This document shows, in pieces, positions 41,753 through 55,189 of a DNA stretch of 64,000 nt. The number at the start of each line of letters is the position of its first letter. The stretch's first letter is position 1. The position numbers and the translations under genes were made by a program. Source of the DNA: Calditrichia bacterium (GTDB lineage Bacteria; Calditrichota; Calditrichia; JAJRVZ01); contig CAVZSQ010000019.1 of the NCBI GenBank assembly GCA_963777955.1, positions 320,001-384,000 on the forward strand. The letters are read 5' to 3'. Below the pieces are notes generated by a model, which saw only the letters and a program-made list of their open reading frames with translations, was not told the DNA's origin and searched no databases.

Positions 41753-44700
41753 ATGAGTGATGCTTTACATACACTGTTGCTAGTGAATAGCAAACAGCAT
41801 ACTGATCTGATTCTGAAACAACTGCGGCAGAGCGGTTTAATAATCATGCCCCGGCAGATTAAATCTGATCGCTCTCTGCTGGCAGCGCTTCATGCCCGTA
41901 AATGGGATCTGGTAATTATTGCCGACAGGTTTACAAGTTTAAGTAATAAAAAAATCCTCCCCATCCTGGCACAAAATGGACAAAGTCCCGCACCGGTTTT
42001 TATCATATTTGAGCAAATCAACCATCAAAAAATAGTTTCGGCAATTCGGGCCGGTGCCAGTGACTGCCTCTCCTGGAATGATCTCGGAATTCTGCCCGCG
42101 TCAGTAAAGAAGGAATTATCAAAATCCGGTAAATTAAACAAACCGCTGCACCGCAAGCCGGAACAACTGGATTCCCATGAAAAGTATCTGCAATTATTCA
42201 ATGGTATCCCGATCGGACTATATAAGAGTTCAGCCGGCGGTAAACTTATTGATGTGAACAATGCCCTGGTACAGATCCTGGGTTACCCTGACAAACAGAC
42301 CTTGCTGGCCACCCGCGCTTCCAGTTTATACGTAAATCCCCAGGATCGGAAAAAATGGAAGAAACAGTTGGAGCAGGAAGGAACAATATTTGCCAATGAA
42401 GTTCAGTTTTACCGTTATGACCAGTCCAAGATCTGGGGACGGGAAAGTACGCGGGTCATTCAGAACAAACCGGGCAAAACCGTCTATTATGAAGGTGCCA
42501 TTGAAGATATTACACAAAACAAGCAAACCGAAAAAGAACTGCGGCGCAGGATCCGCGAACAGATCGTCCTGAATACCATTGCTGCCAACGCTTCCGAAGT
42601 TGAAGATGAAGAAAGTTTGTATAAACATACTACCGCTATCATCCGCGATTTACTGTTTCCCGATAGTTTTGGGATAATGTTGATTGATGAAACCGAAGGA
42701 GTTTTGCGTCTTTCCCATTCCTATCATACTCACCCGAATGATTCAAGGAAGTTGGTTGTACCCTTGGGCAAAGGAGTCACCGGTAAGGTTGCCGTGACCG
42801 GCATTGCCCGGCGTATTGCCGATTCCCGCCTGGATCCCGATTATCTCAGGATCAACACCGAAATGCGGTCGGAAATTACGGTACCGATTCGAGTACATCA
42901 AAAAATCATCGGGGTCATGGATGCCGAAAGTCAGCAACCCGATTTGTTCACCGAAAGTGATGAACGTATTCTGAGTACTCTGGCCCAGCAACTGGCCGGT
43001 ACGATTGAACGCCTGCGGGTAGTCAAAGCGTTAAAAAATGAACATCAATTTTTATCCGGTGTGATCAGTGGTAATCCGGCTATTATCTGTGGTATCGGGA
43101 TTGATGGACTTACCCGTTTTATCAATCCTGTCGGCGAGAAAATTACCGGTTACAGTGAATACGAGATGCAGAGAAAAGACTGGTGGAAAACATTCTATCC
43201 CGGTAAAGAACATGTCCAGGTCAAAAAATTATTCGCTGAACTCGGGAAGGGTGATGTTAAAGATTATGAAATGACTCTGACGGCGAAGAACAATGAAAAA
43301 CGCATCATCTCCTGGAGTTCGATGAATCATCTGGATAAAAAAGGAAAATTATTTGAAACCATCTTTTTTGGCAATGATATAACCGACCGCAAGTCCGCCG
43401 AGGAAGCATTGATCGAAAGTGAGGACCGCTTGCGCCGCATTGCTGAAGCTTCCTTCGAGGGAATTGCCTTCACCGATGGCGGAATAATTATCGATGCCAA
43501 TCCCCAGCTGGCCGAGATGTTTGGATATGCGCTTTCTGAAATTATTGGCAAAGATATAATCGATTTTGTTGCGCCTGACCAGCGCGAAATGGTCACCCAA
43601 AAAATTAAATCGGGTTACAAAAAAACATACGAACACAAAGCCATTAAAAAAGACGGTACAGCGTTTTTTGTGGAAGTGCGCGGCGGCCAGATCAGTTACC
43701 GGGGCAGATATGTGCGCGTGACCGCCGTGCGGGATATAACCGAACGGAAAAGAGTCGAGAACGAACTTTATCAATCCAAGCAGATGCTGGAATTGGTACT
43801 GGATAATATTCCGCAGCGTGTCTTCTGGAAAGACCGGACTTTCCATTTTCTGGGTTGCAATAAACCGTTTGCCCGTGATGCCAATCTGGGATCGACTCTG
43901 GACATCATCGGTAAAGACGATTATGAGTTGTCCTGGAAAGACACCGCCAATCTGTATCGCGAGGACGACCGTGCAGTGATGCAATCCAACACTCCCAAAC
44001 TTGATTACGAAGAACCGCAGAGTAAACCTGATGGAGAACCACTGTGGTTGCGTACAAATAAAATTCCGCTGCACGATCAGCAGGGCAAGGTAATCGGTGT
44101 ATTGGGAACTTACGAAGATATCACCGAGAAAAAACGAATCGAAGATGCCCTGCGTAAAAGCGAAAATAAATTCCGCCAACTGTTCCAGAATGCCAACGAT
44201 GCCATTTATCTGTGGAAACTGAATGATGCGGATCAGATCGAAAAACTGCTGGAAGTGAATAACATCGCCTGTGATATGCTCGGTTACAGCAAGGATGAGT
44301 TGCAGGCCTTAACTCCGCTGCAGATAAATTATCCCGGGTCCGTGGAGAAAAGTTCCCAGTCTGTACAAAAGATTATCAGCCAGGGTAAATATACCTATGA
44401 AATGATACATCGGCATAAAAATGGAACTCCGATACCGGTCGAAATCAATGCGCATGTATTCACCCTGGGTGAGGAGCGGGTTATACTGTCGGTTACCCGG
44501 GATATCCGGGAACGTAAAAACGCCGAGGAAGAATATAAACGGCTGCAACTGCAATTGGTGCAGACTCAGAAACTGGAATCGATCGGGACATTAGCCGGCG
44601 GGATTGCCCACGACTTCAATAATTTACTCACCGTGATTAACGGTCATTCCGAAATGGCGCTTACAAAAATCGGGCCACAGGCCCAGGACAATATCGTGTA

Positions 44701-45727
44701 CAATGATCTGTCCTCCATTCATAAAGCCTGCGAAAAAGCAATCGGCTTAACTAAACAGATACTGGCCTTCAGCCGTAAACAAATTTTTGAACCCCAGATC
44801 ATTGATATCAATACAGCCATCTATGATCTGAATATCATGTTGAAACGGCTTATCGGCGAAAATATTACCATCGAAACTGCGCTCAAAGCCGGTTTGCCGG
44901 CCATCAAAGCCGATCCAGCCCAACTGGAGCAGGTGCTGATCAACTTGATTATCAATGCCCGCGATGCAATAAACGCCCAGACTAATCCTGACAACGAAAG
45001 AAAAATCACCATCAAAACTGATTACGAGGAATTAGACCGGAACTTTACTATTAAGTATCCAGGCAGTCTGGCCGGACCGCATATTCTGATCATTATTCAG
45101 GATACCGGCATCGGCATCAGCGAAAAGATCATCAATAAAATATTCGAACCTTTCTTCACGACTAAAGAAATAGGTAAAGGCACCGGTCTGGGACTGGCCA
45201 CAGTATATGGAATAATCAAGCAAAATAACGGCAGCATCTGGGCAGACAGCGAACCCGCTAAAGGCAGCCGTTTTAAGGTATACTGGCCGGTCACTACTGA
45301 ATATATCGCCACGGTCAAAACCGAAAAGGAAAATTCCGGTGAATATCAGGGTAAGGAAACTATTCTGCTGGTTGAAGATGATGCAGCCGTGCGCGAATTC
45401 ACTAATACCGCCCTGCAGAACTTCGGTTACCGTGTATTTGAAGCCGGTAATGGCAACCAGGCCCTGAAACTGATTGCTGATACCAAAATTAAAATAGATC
45501 TACTGATCACCGATCTGATTATGCCGGAAATGAACGGAAAAGAATTAGCCGAAAAAATATCTGCCTCACTGCCCCTCTCTTCCATCCTGTTTACTTCAGG
45601 TTATACCGAAGATTATATTGTACGCAGCGGTGAACTGGAAGCCGGTATACACTTTTTACAGAAACCTTATTCCATGAATTTACTGGCCCAGAAAGTCAGA
45701 GATATCCTGGATAAAAGTCATACCTGA
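41753..45727 (+). CDS. Hybrid sensor histidine kinase (degenerate REC, PAS, GAF, multiple PAS, HisKA, HATPase, REC)
   Basis: LAGGIAHDFNN, NLIINARDA, DTGIG, FFTTK, GTGLGL, C-terminal LLITDLIMP. Alternative start at 41702. Confidence 0.95.
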   Translation: MSDALHTLLLVNSKQHTDLILKQLRQSGLIIMPRQIKSDRSLLAALHARKWDLVIIADRFTSLSNKKILPILAQNGQSPAPVFIIFEQINHQKIVSAIRAGASDCLSWNDLGILPASVKKELSKSGKLNKPLHRKPEQLDSHEKYLQLFNGIPIGLYKSSAGGKLIDVNNALVQILGYPDKQTLLATRASSLYVNPQDRKKWKKQLEQEGTIFANEVQFYRYDQSKIWGRESTRVIQNKPGKTVYYEGAIEDITQNKQTEKELRRRIREQIVLNTIAANASEVEDEESLYKHTTAIIRDLLFPDSFGIMLIDETEGVLRLSHSYHTHPNDSRKLVVPLGKGVTGKVAVTGIARRIADSRLDPDYLRINTEMRSEITVPIRVHQKIIGVMDAESQQPDLFTESDERILSTLAQQLAGTIERLRVVKALKNEHQFLSGVISGNPAIICGIGIDGLTRFINPVGEKITGYSEYEMQRKDWWKTFYPGKEHVQVKKLFAELGKGDVKDYEMTLTAKNNEKRIISWSSMNHLDKKGKLFETIFFGNDITDRKSAEEALIESEDRLRRIAEASFEGIAFTDGGIIIDANPQLAEMFGYALSEIIGKDIIDFVAPDQREMVTQKIKSGYKKTYEHKAIKKDGTAFFVEVRGGQISYRGRYVRVTAVRDITERKRVENELYQSKQMLELVLDNIPQRVFWKDRTFHFLGCNKPFARDANLGSTLDIIGKDDYELSWKDTANLYREDDRAVMQSNTPKLDYEEPQSKPDGEPLWLRTNKIPLHDQQGKVIGVLGTYEDITEKKRIEDALRKSENKFRQLFQNANDAIYLWKLNDADQIEKLLEVNNIACDMLGYSKDELQALTPLQINYPGSVEKSSQSVQKIISQGKYTYEMIHRHKNGTPIPVEINAHVFTLGEERVILSVTRDIRERKNAEEEYKRLQLQLVQTQKLESIGTLAGGIAHDFNNLLTVINGHSEMALTKIGPQAQDNIVYNDLSSIHKACEKAIGLTKQILAFSRKQIFEPQIIDINTAIYDLNIMLKRLIGENITIETALKAGLPAIKADPAQLEQVLINLIINARDAINAQTNPDNERKITIKTDYEELDRNFTIKYPGSLAGPHILIIIQDTGIGISEKIINKIFEPFFTTKEIGKGTGLGLATVYGIIKQNNGSIWADSEPAKGSRFKVYWPVTTEYIATVKTEKENSGEYQGKETILLVEDDAAVREFTNTALQNFGYRVFEAGNGNQALKLIADTKIKIDLLITDLIMPEMNGKELAEKISASLPLSSILFTSGYTEDYIVRSGELEAGIHFLQKPYSMNLLAQKVRDILDKSHT

Positions 45728-45815
45728 CCGGCGGCAAAACCGCCTGAAGGGAAAACCTCACAGGTTTGTAAAAATCGGGATAGTTCTAAGAATAATAATT
45801 CAGGAATTAATTACA

Positions 45816-46809
45816 TCAGGGAAAGTATTTTTTAGACAGGCTTCCCGCACCGTAGCGGTACCCGATATAATCAAAGGAAACGCTATCCGGTACAGTAAAA
45901 ACCAGGAATCCACCCATATCCTCACCGTGATTCAGAGCCAGTTGCTTGATCCCACTCATATTATAATCACGGGTCATAATTTCTTTATCGACATTATATT
46001 GGTTGCCACGGTAATCTGAAAGTACAAAATTATCGAAACTGAGCGTGACCGCATATGGTAAATAATTTCTGACTACCAGCGAAAATATCATTTTGCCGCC
46101 AACGTACTCCTCCTTCAATACAGCCAGAGCCAGATGATCTTCAAAATTCAGAACTCCCAGTGTCTTGCCGTAAATACGCGAAAGCATCCGACGCAATTCA
46201 GGAGTCGTACCCCCCATGGCCTGAGCTTTTCTGATCTGGGTCAGGGCATCGAAATACAGGTTGACATCATTTCTGCTTTGCGCTCTATTGAAAATCCCTG
46301 TAGCTTTATCAACGATCTTCTGGTAATTGTTCAGTTTAATTTCGTCCAGTATATTTTGGGCATCGACATTAGTGGAGTCCAGATCAAGGGCCTGATGCAT
46401 CAGGGTGGCGGTCTTGTTTAAATTCAGACTCTTTTTCAACCTCATTAGCCGGGCGCGCTTTATAATAAGCCTGGCCGACCTGAAAAACGATCTGACTGTA
46501 AACTCTGTTGAACTCGGACGATGGTTCGAGCGGGATATATTTCTGGCCTTCTTCAAAATTCCGGACAAATGAACTTAGATTGTTTATTTTCTTATACAAT
46601 TCCTGACCACGGTACATATAAGCCAGGGCTAACCGTTCCCTGACACGCTGGCTGGTGGAATCTTGTTTATGGACCTGCAGATACGCTTCAATTGCCTTGG
46701 TATAATCACCTTTCAGAAAGGCCTGTTCGGCATCAACAGACTTATCCCCTCCACAAGCGGTCAATAGAATCATTAGCAGACTAATAAGGATTAATCCAAA
46801 GAATTTCAT
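45816..46809 (-). CDS. TPR-like lipoprotein; one +1 frameshift at ~46428
   Basis: Lipobox LTA-C; helical repeats; ORFs 46384-46809 and 45816-46568 join as EKE|LNLNK. Confidence 0.72.
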
Positions 46810-46898
46810 GGGTCTTTCCTCTCGGTTTAAATCTTTATTTATAATGATTTTCGGCTTATAACTGCTAATAGTTTAGGTTTTTTTAAATTTTTCAGGGT

Positions 46899-50117
<3,219 letters not shown>

Positions 50118-50161
50118 TTAAGACAAATGTAAAAAGAAAAAAGTTAATTTTGATATATGCT

Positions 50162-50364
50162 GCAGAGACGCAATAGACTACGTCTATACAGCAGGATTAT
50201 TTCTAATATGGCGGCGAACATTTTCAATGCATTTTCATCAGGTATAATTCGGTCATAGAATCTTGGTTGCCAGGTAAAATTTTTACCGGTAATTCCACCC
50301 GGTGTATCGCGTATTCTGGAAGGTGATGGGGATTTGGTAGAGCAGCGATGCATCGCGTCTCTAC
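50162..50364 (-). mobile_element. Remnant of a REP-associated tyrosine transposase (RAYT/Y1) between two REP-like palindromes
   Basis: Fragment FTWQPRFYDRII.DE resembles the RAYT C-terminal WQ..F.D.IIR motif. Flanked by 28-nt GCAGAGACG...CGTCTATAC and GTAGAGCAGCGATGCATCGCGTCTCTAC. Confidence 0.65.
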
Positions 50365-50386
50365 GAAAACGGTCATATTACAATTT

Positions 50387-52177
50387 TTACGATTCCCGGT
50401 ACATCCGTGAAATTATATCCGCATATTTTTTTTCCACCACATTGCGTTTGATTTTAAGGCTGGGGGTTAATTCATCTTTTTCGATATTAAACGGTTCGGC
50501 TAGAAGAACAAACTTTTTCACCGATTCATAACGGGCAAATGATTTTTGTTTTTCTTCAATTTCCTGCCAGATCAATTGATTTACCTTATCATGCTTCAGG
50601 AATTCCCGCAGGTCTGCGACATCTATTCCCTGTTCCGTTCCCCACTTTTTCAGTAATTCGTAATTGGGAATTATCAGAGCGCTGACAAAGCGCTGGCGGT
50701 TGCCTACCAGGCATACTTCATCAATATACCTGCTGGTTTTCAGCATGTGTTCGATCGGAGCAGGTGCGACATTTTTTCCACCGGATGTTACGATGATATT
50801 CTTTTTACGGTCGGTCAGGAACAGATAGTTATCCTCATCCAGGTAACCAATGTCACCTGTGTGCAGCCAGCCCTGGGCATCAATGACTTCTGCCGTCAGA
50901 TCCGGACGATTATAGTATCCCATCATCAATGTATCGCCTTTGACCATTACCTCTCCATCCGGGGCGATTTTTACCTGTACTTCGGGAATAGGTTTACCGC
51001 AGGAGCCATATTTCGTTTTACCCGGAGCTGTCAGGGTGATGATCAGGTGAGTTTCGGTCATGCCATAACCTTCCACAATGCGCAGGCCGATTGCTTCAAA
51101 GAACTTGAGTGTATCTACTGAAAGCGGTGCACCTCCGGCAATCGGGCAGCGGAACTTTCCTCCTAATTTGGTTTTAATCTTACTGAATACAACTTTATCC
51201 GCCAGTTGATATTTTTTCTCCAGCACTTTTGAAACCTTGCCTTCGATGCGTTTTTCGTGATATTTAAGTCCGGTATTCAAAGCCCAGTAAAATAAATTGC
51301 GCTTCAGGCTTGAACTATTCTCTATTTGTTCATAAACAGTTGCTGCAACCTTTTCATAAAGCCGGGGCACACTTACCATGACCGTTGGCCGTGCTTCAGC
51401 GATATCCTGGATCACCGTTTCAATACTTTGTGCATAATGAATGGTAGCCCCACGGTACAGGGGACACCAGTGCCCGGCCAGGCGTTCATATAAATGACTT
51501 AAGGGCAAAAAAGAAAGAAATACATCATCCGGATACAGACTTAGCACCGACTCGGCATTAATAATATCGATAATGAAACCTTTTTGATTAAGCATTACAC
51601 CTTTCGGTTCTCCCGTGGTTCCGGAAGTATAAACCAGGCTGCACAGATCCTGGGGATCTATGGCGTCGACTGCCTGCCGGAAAAAATCCGGATTTTTAAG
51701 TTGCTGTCGCCGGCCAATTTCCAGCAACTGATCAAAGGTCAGGATCTGTTCCGCTTTCCCTGCCCAGTTCTCAAAGGAAAATATAAATTCCAACTGAGGC
51801 AATTGGGATTTTATCTCTTTAATTTTGTCGTACTGCTGCTGATTCTGGACAAAAATGCTTCTGGCCCCGGCATCTTTCAGGATGTAAGCGAGTTGCGCCG
51901 GCGGCAGGGTCTGGTACAACGGCACCACCACTCCCCGCAAACAGAAGAGAGCAATATCTGTCATCATCCATTCCGGCATATTGTTGGACAGAATGGCGAT
52001 CCGGTCACCAGCTTTTATTCCCTGTTCCTTTAGTCCATGAGTTAAGAGTGTAATATTTTCCCCCACCTGCTGATAACTGAAAGCCTGAATTTTACCATTA
52101 CGCTTAATGCGCAAAGCATCCTTAGCCGGATATTTCTGGATGGTGTCGAATAACATGTGCACTACAGTGCGGAACAT
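50387..52177 (-). CDS. Long-chain fatty acid-CoA ligase (AMP-binding)
   Basis: YTSGTTGEPKG, EGYGMTE, WLHTGDIG, GGKNVAP, ELTPSLK. Confidence 0.93.
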   Translation of the reverse strand: MFRTVVHMLFDTIQKYPAKDALRIKRNGKIQAFSYQQVGENITLLTHGLKEQGIKAGDRIAILSNNMPEWMMTDIALFCLRGVVVPLYQTLPPAQLAYILKDAGARSIFVQNQQQYDKIKEIKSQLPQLEFIFSFENWAGKAEQILTFDQLLEIGRRQQLKNPDFFRQAVDAIDPQDLCSLVYTSGTTGEPKGVMLNQKGFIIDIINAESVLSLYPDDVFLSFLPLSHLYERLAGHWCPLYRGATIHYAQSIETVIQDIAEARPTVMVSVPRLYEKVAATVYEQIENSSSLKRNLFYWALNTGLKYHEKRIEGKVSKVLEKKYQLADKVVFSKIKTKLGGKFRCPIAGGAPLSVDTLKFFEAIGLRIVEGYGMTETHLIITLTAPGKTKYGSCGKPIPEVQVKIAPDGEVMVKGDTLMMGYYNRPDLTAEVIDAQGWLHTGDIGYLDEDNYLFLTDRKKNIIVTSGGKNVAPAPIEHMLKTSRYIDEVCLVGNRQRFVSALIIPNYELLKKWGTEQGIDVADLREFLKHDKVNQLIWQEIEEKQKSFARYESVKKFVLLAEPFNIEKDELTPSLKIKRNVVEKKYADIISRMYRES

Positions 52178-52349
52178 AACGATCTCCTTATGCTTACTTT
52201 ATAATTTTGAATGGATCGAATTCGATGAAAACTATAAACTTTTATCCGCTATTCAGCCCTTCTCTGCATCGTACCATATAATGTGCATATTTATTTAATT
52301 GTATTCAATAGCAGACCATAGCAAAAATAGGCGTTTTAAAATGTAAGGC

Positions 52350-52982
52350 CTAAAATGTAGAATATTTGTAAAAAAAATAGTAACAAATTACTACTCGACC
52401 GATCAGGCCGCTGCTTCTTAATTCTTTGCTGACCGAGCGGGGATTGGCAATATACTGAGCCAATTCAGTCCAGAATTTCCGGGAGTGATTTTTTATTTTT
52501 GTATGCACCAACTCATGCAGAATCACATAATCCAGCTGGTGTTGAGGTAAACAGACTAATTTCATGTTTAAATTTATATTATTTTGGGCTGAGCAACTGC
52601 CCCACAGAGTCGCCTGATTACGGATAAAAACCCTGTTGAAAGAAAATCCATATTGGTCAGCCAATTCGTTGAGTCTGTTTATTAAAATCCGGCGCGCTTC
52701 CTGCCGGTCGGAGATTTGTAATGTCTGTTTTTGATTATTCTGATACTCCTGTTCAACCTGCTTCATCTGCCGCGAATGCTTGAGCATCCATTTGATATGG
52801 CTGTTTATAAATTCTTCGGCTCTGCTAAATGATATTCCGTATGGGACAGTGACCCGGACGCCTTTAAACGGCCTGATACTGATCCTCAAACGCCGGGCCC
52901 GCTTACTCTTTTCCAGCAGCACCGGACCAACAGAATCTATTTCAATGGTTTTGGAGTTTTTGCTCAGTAAATGGATTAACAT
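52350..52982 (-). CDS. YgjP/DUF45 (M48/SprT-like) zinc metalloprotein
   Basis: WGSCS, DYVILHELVH, NHSRKFW. Confidence 0.9.
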   Translation of the reverse strand: MLIHLLSKNSKTIEIDSVGPVLLEKSKRARRLRISIRPFKGVRVTVPYGISFSRAEEFINSHIKWMLKHSRQMKQVEQEYQNNQKQTLQISDRQEARRILINRLNELADQYGFSFNRVFIRNQATLWGSCSAQNNINLNMKLVCLPQHQLDYVILHELVHTKIKNHSRKFWTELAQYIANPRSVSKELRSSGLIGRVVICYYFFYKYSTF

Positions 52983-53019
52983 ATCGGTCGGCCGGTCGGT
53001 AGATTTACAACAAATTATC

Positions 53020-53679
53020 CTAACGGATAGCAGAGTTTTTAAACATACTGCGTCGCAGGCAAATAAATATTATAATTACGCTGATCAGCAACCAGACCAC
53101 TCCCCACATGATGGTGGTTCCCCCGTATTCGGTGGCCAGCATGCGGGCATCGGAATTCAACTGGGAACGGGATATAGTATCGCTGAAAATGTCCAGGGGA
53201 ACATACAGCATACTGGTGAGACCAATCAGGCGGAGAATAAAATCACTTATATCCTGGCTGAGGTATCTGGCCACCAGCACCAGCATGATACCGGCAAGTA
53301 AACCAAACGCGATGGTAAACAAACTGCCGGCGAATCCTATCGTGATCAGGGCAATAACTATACCCAGGATCATCAGTGCAGCTTTATCAAAGCGTGTATG
53401 TACGCTCAGCAAATATATTATCACACCCCATAGCAGAGAACCGAGATATCCGGAATTTAAAACCAGAAAACGGCTGCCGCCTCGCGACATTACATAACCG
53501 CCCTGCTCCTTCAGCAGCACCAGTTGTGCAACCTCTCCTCCGCTTAAAATTGTAGCCAGAGCATGTGAGGACTCATGGAAAAATACCACTAATAGTTTCA
53601 GAGGATAGAGTATGGGAGTAGTCCAGAGGATAATAACTACGGCAATTGATATCAGCAGAAAGAAAATATTCTTCATCAT
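53020..53679 (-). CDS. Peptidase M50B-like membrane metalloprotease
   Basis: FFHESSHALA, SGYLG, SDA motifs; multi-TM. Confidence 0.88.
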   Translation of the reverse strand: MMKNIFFLLISIAVVIILWTTPILYPLKLLVVFFHESSHALATILSGGEVAQLVLLKEQGGYVMSRGGSRFLVLNSGYLGSLLWGVIIYLLSVHTRFDKAALMILGIVIALITIGFAGSLFTIAFGLLAGIMLVLVARYLSQDISDFILRLIGLTSMLYVPLDIFSDTISRSQLNSDARMLATEYGGTTIMWGVVWLLISVIIIFICLRRSMFKNSAIR

Positions 53680-54515
53680 TATACCGTAAATGGTTTTTGA
53701 GCTTCAAAAACTTTATCATATACTCCACTCCAGAAATAATTGGGAGTCTGATCGGGTGGCATCCGTTGTACGATGGCCTTATGAAACTCTTTATAATTGC
53801 CTTTGAATTTACCGTGATTCCAGACCCGCAGCAATTGAGCCGTGAACAGGCCATTGAAGGTGCCATCGGCTGAATACTGGTTGTCCTGGCAGCCGGAAAT
53901 CAATAACACGCCGGCCTGTACCTTCTGGCTGGTTTTACGCGCACGGATATTACGCTGCAGTTTAATGTAGAACAGCCGGTTTTCACGATAGGTACGCAGG
54001 GCTACTTCCGGAGGCATATAACGATAGGCACTAATCCGGCCGTCACCGCTAAAACCCAGACTGATCAATGTGCCCCGGTAATAGGCCATGCGGGTCACCG
54101 TGCCGCTGTGACAACTGTCAGACAAAACCAGAATCCGCACCCCTGCGGCAAATTTCGCCAGCAGCAGATGAAGTTCATCATCGAGGAGTTCGCCGTCAAA
54201 AAGGCACCAGGTTTCGTCCATATCGTCTGGTTCCTCTCCGGCCAGGTCAGGTACCTGCCCGCCGTGACCCGAATAGGTCAACAAAAATATGTCGCCGGAC
54301 TTGAGCTCCCCGGCCGCATTTATAATTTCTGCGGTCAGCTTATCACGGGTAGCCTCAGTGGTTAATAGTGTATGCGTCTTAAACTTGCGGGATTTCGCTA
54401 CAGCACTCAGATCCTGGGCATCGGCCTCACAGGCATTCAGCGTTCCCGACCATCCGCCATAGTGATCCGGATCGACAGCATTCAGACCAATATGCAAAGC
54501 AATTCCTTTGGCCAT
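53679..54515 (-). CDS. Caspase-family (C14, metacaspase/orthocaspase-like) protease
   Basis: YSGHGGQ and SDSCHSG catalytic His/Cys dyad; AGGAG RBS. Confidence 0.92.
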   Translation of the reverse strand: MAKGIALHIGLNAVDPDHYGGWSGTLNACEADAQDLSAVAKSRKFKTHTLLTTEATRDKLTAEIINAAGELKSGDIFLLTYSGHGGQVPDLAGEEPDDMDETWCLFDGELLDDELHLLLAKFAAGVRILVLSDSCHSGTVTRMAYYRGTLISLGFSGDGRISAYRYMPPEVALRTYRENRLFYIKLQRNIRARKTSQKVQAGVLLISGCQDNQYSADGTFNGLFTAQLLRVWNHGKFKGNYKEFHKAIVQRMPPDQTPNYFWSGVYDKVFEAQKPFTV

Positions 54516-54532
54516 AATCAAGACTCCTATAT

Positions 54533-55183
54533 TTACCAGCCCTTATCTCTCAATTCACGGTAGCGTTTGATAACGTCCCGGTACTTGCCTTTGTAAATCA
54601 ACAGGAAATTACCTTCCTCCGAACCGAGCAGATCGAGACCCTCATCAAGCAAAGTGGTGGAATTAAGATCGGGCACTGAAATGACTAATTCATAATGATC
54701 TTTGCCCCCCTGCGGCTGACAAAAATATTTGATCCTGCCTGGCATTTGCAGTTGCACTTGCATCTGCCCCGGTTTTTCCGAATCAGCCGGTTGGGCCGCC
54801 AGCTGGTCCGCGATAATCTCCTTATATATTTTCATATCCATCGGCTTGCATAAAAATATATCGGCCCCCATATCCATGGCCCGTTTATTTTCATCTCTGC
54901 CATGCAGTGCAGTGATGACCATGATTTTAATGTGCGGATAATTCCGGTGCACCTTCTCCATCAGTTCGAAGCCGCTCATAAAAGGCATTACCAGGCAGGT
55001 AGAAATTAAATCAAATTCTCCGTCCTTCTGTTCAATCAATTTTAATGCCTCGATGGGATTGGTCGCGGTTGTAATTTCCAGCGATTCCGGATTAAAATGA
55101 TTTTTTAGAAATTGCTCCAGGATAGATACCCAGCCTTCCTCATCATCGAGGATTAATATTCTCTTTTTTCTTAGTGAATTCAT
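54533..55183 (-). CDS. Receiver-domain protein with Cys at the phospho-acceptor position and unknown C-terminal domain
   Basis: ILILDDE...DLISTCLVMPFMSG...VITA...FLCKP. Confidence 0.85.
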   Translation of the reverse strand: MNSLRKKRILILDDEEGWVSILEQFLKNHFNPESLEITTATNPIEALKLIEQKDGEFDLISTCLVMPFMSGFELMEKVHRNYPHIKIMVITALHGRDENKRAMDMGADIFLCKPMDMKIYKEIIADQLAAQPADSEKPGQMQVQLQMPGRIKYFCQPQGGKDHYELVISVPDLNSTTLLDEGLDLLGSEEGNFLLIYKGKYRDVIKRYRELRDKGW

Positions 55184-55189
55184 AATAGT

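Noticed and set aside
43349..44179. Long antisense ORFs (this 276-aa one; also 27581-28357 and 3298-3858)
   Set aside because: They lie wholly opposite well-supported genes, with no motifs or RBS; these are codon-bias shadows.
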